Below, one piece after another: positions 56,035 through 64,000 of a DNA stretch of 64,000 nt. Source of the DNA: Octopus vulgaris (Eukaryota); NCBI GenBank assembly GCA_951406725.2, contig OX597815.1, positions 74,772,001 to 74,836,000 of the forward strand. Reading direction: 5' to 3'. The notes below the pieces were generated by a model that searched no databases, had not been told where the DNA came from, and saw nothing but the letters and a program-made list of their open reading frames with translations. The position numbers and the translations under genes are program-made. How positions within the stretch are numbered: position 1 is the first letter of the stretch; each line of letters starts with the position of its first letter.

Positions 56035-56716
56035 TGAAAATTTCCTCTAATCCTTCTTTCCCAAGAACTGTAACTCTCTAGAACTCCTTCCTTATCGATG
56101 TTTTCTTATTTACAGGCAACTTACAAAATTTGAATCTTAAAAATGAAGTGCATCTCTCCCAACAGTCTAGAGTGGGTTTGCGATATCTATTCTCCTTGAA
56201 TTATATAATCAGTAAAAGAAATTATTTCTTTATAATCCTGTTCTTGATAATCAGAGGAAAATTTTTAAATGATATCAGAAGTAAGGCGAATGACAAGCAA
56301 GAAATAGTGAAAATACCGCATCTGATGACATAAAATACCTCATCTGATGACATAAAAGACGCATGGACATATTAAATGCTCCACAATTTCAGCAGTGCTT
56401 ATTCAGAAAAACAAGTTTTAATACACTAAAGCATGTAATCTAGTAGCACATTAAAAAGTACCTTAGCTATAGCAGGGACCATTGCTGTATCATAGCAATC
56501 TTTAAGTAAATATTATTGTTATGGAGTCCAGCTACGTAGAAGGGACTGTCTAACATTAGTCTGTAGTGGTGAGCGACAAGGAAAAAATTTGTTTTTGGTG
56601 GTATAACATTACATACAGGACCCATGATGGTTTTTTGAGATAACTTGGGGATGAAACAAATTATCTTCTATGCCATCAAATACGATAATGATAAATTAAC
56701 AAAAAAATCAACTTAC

Positions 56717-56904
56717 GTATAATTCATAAGTTTTTCTAATCAAAGTTAGGGCTTGAGCGTTGAAATTTTCTATTTCGTTGATAATTTCTTGTCTTTCAGT
56801 GGAATCCAAATTATGATCCAGCTCAGTGCTTATGACTGGTGCTAATGTTGCCAGGAGAACACTTGAAATATTTAGGATGGCGTATAATAATGTTTTTGAG
56901 AATT
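56717..56904 (-). CDS. Candidate exon (phase 1->0): signal-peptide-like segment plus amphipathic helix
   Basis: ttttctctttgtatttcAG acceptor, TAC|GTAAGT donor, 188 nt open: EFSKTLLYAILNISSVLLATLAPVISTELDHNLDSTERQEIINEIENFNAQALTLIRKTYELY. Confidence 0.55.
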
Positions 56905-58285
56905 CTGAAATACAAAGAGAAAATAAACAATGAAATAAAAATTGTTTGATTTTGCTGGGATTGTCTCAAGAATTTGGAGTGAAAATTCTGCTAATATTTT
57001 TAAATTTTAAGCAGAATTGTTAAATCAACGGACAAAATATCTTGCACTATTTAGCTACGAAGCTCTACGTTCTAAGGACAAAGCCCACTGAGATGAATTT
57101 GCCTCACATCTTTCCGATCGAGTAAATATTACACCAGTCAAGTACTGGAGTTATTTACATCGATTATACCTTCCCGCAAAACTTGTCATTTTGTGCCAGT
57201 GTTAGAAATCAGTATTTCTCTTTTCAGAAGTGGATACATTTCTGGACAAAATAATCCTGATTTCAGATTAGCTACACACTGTGGCTCCGTACTTTAGAGA
57301 AAAGGAAATGAAAAATAGTAACAAATTAAAGGTTTAGTTCGTCTTCAGAAGAATATTGAGCTGTGAAAAGCTGTTAAGTGTCGGATGAAAAACTTTAAGC
57401 TAGTTACATTTGTTACACTGGATTCTGAGGCAAATTTAAAACTTCTTTGACATTCATTCCGCCAGGATTTAGAATCAATTCCAATGTTATGAACGTTCTG
57501 CGTCAAATGAAAATCACTATTTTTGTTATCAAAGAAGGCGATTGCTGAAGAAATGAATTTGCTAAAACTCTCCCAAACCACATCGCCTACGTCACACACA
57601 CACACACACACACACACACATTCCTAAACCAGTTACTACGAAAATCATCTGATCACAAACACAGACATCAACACAACCGAATTATAGCTTTTTACCATCC
57701 AATGAGCTTATTTCTCCAGAGACAAAAATGTTTACTCAATGTTGGTGATACTTGAAACTTGTCAGCAAGTATCAAATCTGTCTTCCTTACATCTTGATCT
57801 TCATCGTTATCAGTAAAATTCTTAAATTATGGCTTTCAAGCATAATCTCTGTTTATGGCAGATGCTGTTTAGATAGAATTCAGCTTCTGAAAAGTAGAGT
57901 CTTCGGCGTAGTTATTGACTGTTAGTTGAGAACCATTTCATTTCATTTACGTGATGCAATGATAATATTGTCCAATGCGTTTAACTGGTTGTCAACAATA
58001 GATAATAGTAAAGACAGAAAGGAAAGCACATGTATTAACGTTGCAATTATGCCAGTGCAGTTATCTACTGTGCCTAGGTGAAACTAGTTTTGATTATACA
58101 GAGTATTAATAATATTCAAAGCTAGAAACTGTTTATAAAACAATATATATATATATATATATGTACACCAATAACTACATTTCTCGTTAATAGATTATGT
58201 ATATAGACCAATAAATATACTGAATTGCAAATAATTTACTAAAAATATAACATTGAATTCAAGCATTGTAGCTACACAAATGAAA

Positions 58286-58347
<62 letters not shown>

Positions 58348-58364
58348 GGATAGATGGATAGATG

Positions 58365-58421
<57 letters not shown>

Positions 58422-58454
58422 GTAGGTATGTAGGTAGGTAGGTAGGTAGGTAGG

Positions 58455-58486
<32 letters not shown>

Positions 58487-59305
58487 AGGAGAGGGAGAGA
58501 GATGGGGAGAGAGTGAGTGATATATATATGGAGAGAGAAAGAAAGAAAGAAAGAAAAAAAGAATGAAAGGAAGAAGGAAAGAATGAATGGAAGAAAGAAA
58601 GGAAAATTTATATTTACCCATATTTCGTCTTTTATATTCGAATGATATTTTTTAATTAAACAGCACTGTGGGATTGTCTCTGCTACAGTCAAAAATTTAT
58701 TGGTTATCTTTGTAATCAAGATATATCTGATAAAGACTACACAACGTCTAAATGCACAAATCCAAACAGAATGATACATTTCGTTGGACCCTTCACCCTT
58801 ATATAGGATAAACAAGTTCTCTTTATTTGGGATTTTTCTTTTAATAAAAATCTTCCATAAAGGGAATTCCATGCTCGAAACCGCGATAAAATTTTGTTTT
58901 TGTTATTATTATTTTGAAGAAGACTAAGTTGACATAATTTGTTGCTAGTTAATTAGCATCAACATATATCCTGGATTTAGTATTTGCAACTGGTACTTAT
59001 CCTCAATCACATATAATTACTTTCACTAATTGTTCTGATGGAAAAATATATTCAGAAAAATTTCATGCCATGGAATCCCATAAAATCAATATTTACAAAA
59101 TATTCTGGTCAGCTTTAAAGACCAAACAATGAACTTTCTATAAGCCAAACTGGCGACCCTATTTCGATACTCTGTTGAAACATTTCATTTTCCTTGCAAC
59201 GCTGTTTTTCTACTTATCGTCATCAATTCCCGATTTAGTTTTTGAAATATTTTATTATTAGAATTGTACGCTAGATTTAAAAAAAGAAATAATTTTTTAA
59301 ATATC

Positions 59306-59434
59306 AGTTTCACTTAGCTACACATGACTTAAATTTTCGGAGGCACATCCATCTCATCAGCTGCTTGGACCCTGATCCTAACAACTATCCTGCGCGCTCA
59401 CGTAACTTTAAGTCATGTGCAACTGAGGCAAACG
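59306..59434. repeat. Small imperfect inverted repeat (mini-MITE-like)
   Basis: gtttcacttagctacacatgacttaaa mirrored by tttaagtcatgtgcaactgaggcaaac. Confidence 0.65.
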
Positions 59435-59445
59435 GTTATTAAAAT

Positions 59446-59904
59446 GGATCTTTTCGGTTTGAACAGCAGTTTTTTCTAGCGGTGTCATATGAAATTGTCA
59501 CCCATAATTATGACCCTAGTATCGATCTATTGCATTTCAATCTGTTTTAGGGTTAGGGTTAGAGTTAGGGTTGGTTAGGGTTAGGGTTAGTTAGGGTTAG
59601 GGTTAGGGGTGGGGGAAGGGTATATTTTTTTCTTCAGAAATGTAAACAAACCCAATCTGTTTCTTAAACGAGGGACATTCATACGGCACAGAAAGTTTTC
59701 ACCTCAATAGACGTCATTGATTGGTTGAAATTGCAGAAATTGAAGAATAAAAAACAACAAATATCTTACAAACTATAGAATTTTTTCAATAAAGCCAAAA
59801 GAAAAAGATGTTTTATAAACACATTCTACCAGTATACGAAGTTTAAAAGTGTTTAGTTACGTGGAAATTATTTTTAAAAACTGCCGGTCAAACCGAAAAG
59901 ATTC
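59446..59904. mobile_element. MITE with internal (TTAGGG)n, sister of 13664-14081
   Basis: GGATCTTTTCGGTTTGAACAGCAG ... CTGCCGGTCAAACCGAAAAGATTC; flanks attaaaat/attaaaaa suggest an ~8-bp TSD. Confidence 0.88.
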
Positions 59905-60034
59905 ATTAAAAAAATATATATGCATATGTGTGTGTGTGTGTGTTATATGTATCTACATATGTGTGTGTGAATATATGCGTGTATATGTATATATATATAT
60001 ACACACACAGACATACAAATAGATAGATAGGGGC

Positions 60035-60065
<31 letters not shown>

Positions 60066-60170
60066 CATACATACATACATAGAACATACAAGCATGCATA
60101 CAGACATACACGCATGCATGCATGCATGCATACATACATACATACATACATACATACATACATACATACA

Positions 60171-60201
<31 letters not shown>

Positions 60202-60227
60202 GTATCGTAATGTAAGAGCTGAAAGTA

Positions 60228-60401
60228 TATTGGCCTCAAATTTTGACACAAGGCCAGCAATTTCGGGTGAAGAGTTAAATCGATTACATCAACTTCAGCA
60301 TTCAACTGCTACTTATTTTATCGACTCTGAACGTGAAAATGGACGAAATACCGCTAAACATTTTGCCCAGCATGCTAATAATTCGGCCAGCTCGCCGCCT
60401 T
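60228..60401 (-). mobile_element. SINE family C (internally deleted)
   Basis: ...gacgaaataccgctaaacatttt...gccagctcgccgcctt. Confidence 0.8.
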
Positions 60402-60529
60402 ATAGGTTGTAGAGTATATTTCTAATACATTTTACGTAGTGCAAACATTATCTGATATTAAACTCAATATATTGGTTAGAATTCATAGTTTTATTTATTA
60501 TGCCAAAAGACCAGGACCATCGTAGACGA

Positions 60530-60967
60530 AACCGGTTCTGGTTATGTCAACTACGGGCCTGTCGAAAATGTTTGAGTCTGCTAGCATTTTCCAAGTCTGC
60601 AAATGGTGAATTCCATGTTTCCAACACTAATTTCCTCTAAGGGCACTGACTAAAAACCTTTTTGGAGGATCCCGGTCAAGTGAGTTTTATGGGGATTCTT
60701 GCTCATTTAATGGAGGCTCTTAGAATAACTGGGGCTATACATCAACGGGACCAAACGATATAAGCTTTGCTTAGCTATACGAGCGAGAACCCTAAAAAAC
60801 TCACACGTTTCGGGGTCATTTTTAATTTCAAAAAGGTTTTTAGTTAGTGCCGTCATCAGAGGAAATTGGTGGTGGGAAAATGGAATTCCCCATTTGTCGA
60901 CTAAGGAAATGCTACCAGTGTCAAACATCTTCGGCAGGCCTGTGTTAGACATAGCCAGTACTGGTCA
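60530..60967. repeat. Long imperfect fold-back (arms ~200 bp), probably inverted Penelope pLTRs
   Basis: 60530-60715 is the diverged reverse complement of ~60775-60967; the right arm reads CTGATGA...CGAAACGTGT on the minus strand. Confidence 0.75.
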
Positions 60968-61191
60968 AGGAGGACCAACTCCGCTTACCTCAAGGTATCA
61001 CTAGTAAGAGTTTCGTTCTGGAATATTTTTGTTTACAAACTAAACTGACCATGACGATTTCCTCTCTCTAGTTGTAGAGAGGTTATATGCCTCGGCCATT
61101 CGAATCTCACGAGTTGCCTATGCAGCTAAGCTCTCCAAAGGTGCGAAACCAATGGTCACTCTCTGACTGGCCATAACAAACAACCTTCTAA

Positions 61192-61313
<122 letters not shown>

Positions 61314-62103
61314 GGGGGAGACAAAGCTAATGAGAGAGAGAAAGTAAAACACAAACACAAAGACACAAACCCAAGCTCGAACATATGAATAGCTACTTAA
61401 CTGGATTTTTAAATGCGTAATCAATTCATAGTTAAATATTAATGGTTTAAAATTTTGATACAAGGCCATCAATGGCCTCAATGGATACTTATTTTATTAA
61501 CCTCGGAAATGAAAGGTAAAATTTGGTCTTGGTGGCATATTAATCTCAGAACACAATAAACCGGATGTGTTGAGAGAGTGTTAGTTAGGATGCACCCAAC
61601 TCTGCCAGTTCATTTATTTTTGGGTTTTTTTCTTTTGTTTGTTTTTGCTTAATTTTGATATGATCACATTGAACTGATGTCGCTAAACTTCCAAATGGCT
61701 ATATATGACTTATGGTTACCGTTCAATTAACTGAGATTTTCTAAGCTCATTGAAAAACAACAATAAAATTGTATCTATTTTTATTCTGGTCTTCAGAAGT
61801 GGTGTTATTGAAAGAAGTGGTGCTGTTTGTTAGCAGCATTGATATTGTTAAAATTTTTATTTGTGTTGGAACTGCAAAAACAATTGACACTATTAGCATA
61901 ATGGCTTCCACCCACGAGTTACAGTAAGAACAATTGTCATTTGTTTTGCTGTAGTTCTGTTTTGCTGTAGTTCTGTTTTGCTGTGGTTCGGTTTTATTCA
62001 AGTTCACATTTATCGAACTGCATTCAAGCTGTAGCATCAATCCAATCAATCTTTTGTCATTCTTTTTCAGGTTTTTCTTTTCAGCTATAAGGTATTCGTG
62101 AAG

Positions 62104-62245
62104 ACGCATCGCCTAGTGGCTGGATGTTACGTTCGCGGTTGTAAGATCTTGGTCTCGATTCCCGGACCGGACGGTGCATTGCATTCTTGAGCAAAGCACT
62201 TCAGTTCACGTTACTCCAGTTCACTCTGCTGCAAATGAGTTTCTG
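62104..62245 (+). mobile_element. Diverged tRNA-derived SINE head related to family A
   Basis: gcctagtgg...ggtctcgattcccggaccgg...ttcttgagcaaagcactt; similar relic at ~42620-42780. Confidence 0.6.
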
Positions 62246-62412
62246 CAATAGCTGGGAGGTTAAGCCTATGAAGGTCCAGGGTACCGCTCACGGGTGGGAT
62301 GTGTGGAGAAAGTGTTATTTCAATCACTTATATGCCTTAGAAGCCAGGTTAAGCTCCAGTTTTTTTAGTCATAGACAACATGACTGACCTAAGTTTAAGA
62401 GAAATATATTTA

Positions 62413-63197
62413 CACTAGCATTATGACCCGTCTTTGCCGGGTCATAGTGCTAGTGCATGTATATATGTGTATAGGTGTACATATTACATGTACATCTATA
62501 TATATACATCTACACATAAAATACAAAATACAAAGTTATATCTTGATATCACTAGTGATAACAATACTGAAAATATATAACAGACTGGAATTGTATGACT
62601 TTTCCATTTCTCCACGCTAATTTTATTTTTAATTTATTCCCATTCATGTGAAACCACTTATTCAAGTTCAAATCATTGATGCAATTTTATACCAATTGCT
62701 ATTTTTACTTTTGTTATACTTTAGTTTGATTTTCATTATTACTTACTACATATAATTCAATTGTTATTATTATCTCTAATTTTTAATGTTAAAGTGAAAT
62801 TATCTGACATAAAATAGAGAAATGTTTTTGTTTCACTTTTAACACGTAATACTGAAATAGTGGAGAAGATATGATATTGCTATGGGCTCGCCCTAAGCAA
62901 GAAGTTGAACATTTTTTTGCCCACGAAACTACATGGACCCTAAGTAAGGCAGGTGTAAAATTTGAATGAAATTGGTCGTGTAGTTCTCAAGTTTTAGGGA
63001 ATCGTAGTGGAGAAGATATGATATTGCTGCGCGCTCGCCCTAGGCAAAAAGTTTTTAAAAAATGTTGCTGATGACACTCCCCGGACCCTAAGCAAGGCAT
63101 ATGTAAAATTTGAATGAAATTGGTTATGTAGTTTTCAAGTTTTAGGGAAACACACAGACAGACTGACACACATTCTCAGTTTTATATATAGAGAGAT
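62413..63197 (-). mobile_element. Non-autonomous Helitron-like element with ~130-bp internal tandem repeat
   Basis: Terminal CTAG hairpin at 62413-62455; right end ttttatatatagaga; unit gtggagaagatatgatattgct...caagttttaggga occurs twice. Confidence 0.7.
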
Positions 63198-63899
63198 TAT
63201 TCAATGTATTTTCGCTTGTCAATGAACTGTAAGGTGCGATTTGAGGGAGATTTGGCTGCTATTTATACAAATCAAATCACTATGGGAGGCACCGTCACCA
63301 TCATCACCACCACCACATCGTTGACTCGTCAATTCTGTTGATTGTGGAACAAATAGATTTACCTAATGAAATAAGATTTGAAATGTCAATCTTTTGAGGA
63401 GGAGGCGTGTGTAGGTAGTTGAATCGATGATAATTGCATTGCTTGGCATTTATTTTACAGTTGGCATGAGTTCAGATACGGCTGATGTCAACCTTGCCTT
63501 TCATCCCTTCGTCATCGATAAAATAATGTTTCAGCGAAATACTGGAGTTGATGGAATCGTTTAAGCCTCCTTCCCTCAAAACTGCTGGCCTTGTTTCTAT
63601 ATCAGAAATCGTTTTACAAACGTCAAGGAGATGAGTGACTCAATCCCAGAACAATGAGAGACAACTCATTTTAAGGTCCTTGTTTGTAATTTAGAAACTA
63701 TTACTGGGACTTTCATTAAATATATATATAGAAAACGAAAGAAAATCTATCAAGTTGAAAACTCAAAGTCTGTACAGGGAATAGAATGACCAATAAGTTT
63801 GCTGGTAGTTATAAAGTCCGTTTAGGAAAAGTTGGAAAATTAGGCGGTCGGTTGACAGAATCGTTAGAGTGTTGGATAGATTGTTTTTCCGGTTATATA

Positions 63900-63979
<80 letters not shown>

Positions 63980-64000
63980 AATTCATAACTACCATACAGC

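Noticed and set aside
56467-56667. 66-codon open frame as the exon after 56717
   Set aside because: Needs a 49-nt intron with a weak acceptor; product has no recognisable features.
59546-59618. Telomere or chromosome-fusion relic
   Set aside because: The TTAGGG tract is short and internal to a TIR element present twice.
61747-62109. 120-aa ORF with a W..IMLIVSIVFAVP segment (GPCR TM4-like or signal) and N-glycosylation sequons
   Set aside because: Start lies in a SINE, contains a short tandem repeat, and has no clear splice sites or other TM segments.

Overview
Eukaryotic, very AT-rich DNA dense in microsatellites and transposons. The repeat repertoire (tRNA-derived SINEs, Tc1/mariner, R4/Dong, RTE, Tx1, Penelope, Helitron-like elements) looks like an octopus or related cephalopod genome; this is pattern recognition, not a database result. 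Most listed ORFs are microsatellite or TE artefacts. Splice signals read by eye on the minus strand give a well-supported 5-exon gene (23535->10872) for a secreted protein with a signal peptide and an F5/8C/galactose-binding-like domain. It has a TATA/Inr promoter and an A11 homopolymer frameshift in its last exon. Its 5' part (promoter, exon 1, intron 1) recurs about 18-19 kb away at 1-4610, pointing to a second tandem copy running off the left edge. A more speculative minus-strand exon chain (58621->49661, intron phases 1,0,0,0,0) gives an open ~196-aa secreted protein with features reminiscent of class-I four-helix cytokines/growth hormone; alternatively that region is a decayed FN3-receptor pseudogene. 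Also present: Penelope-type minimal hammerhead ribozyme relics, long fold-backs, a TTAGGG-carrying MITE pair and a nearly intact IR/DR Tc1. Exon coordinates were counted at base level; TE boundaries are approximate.
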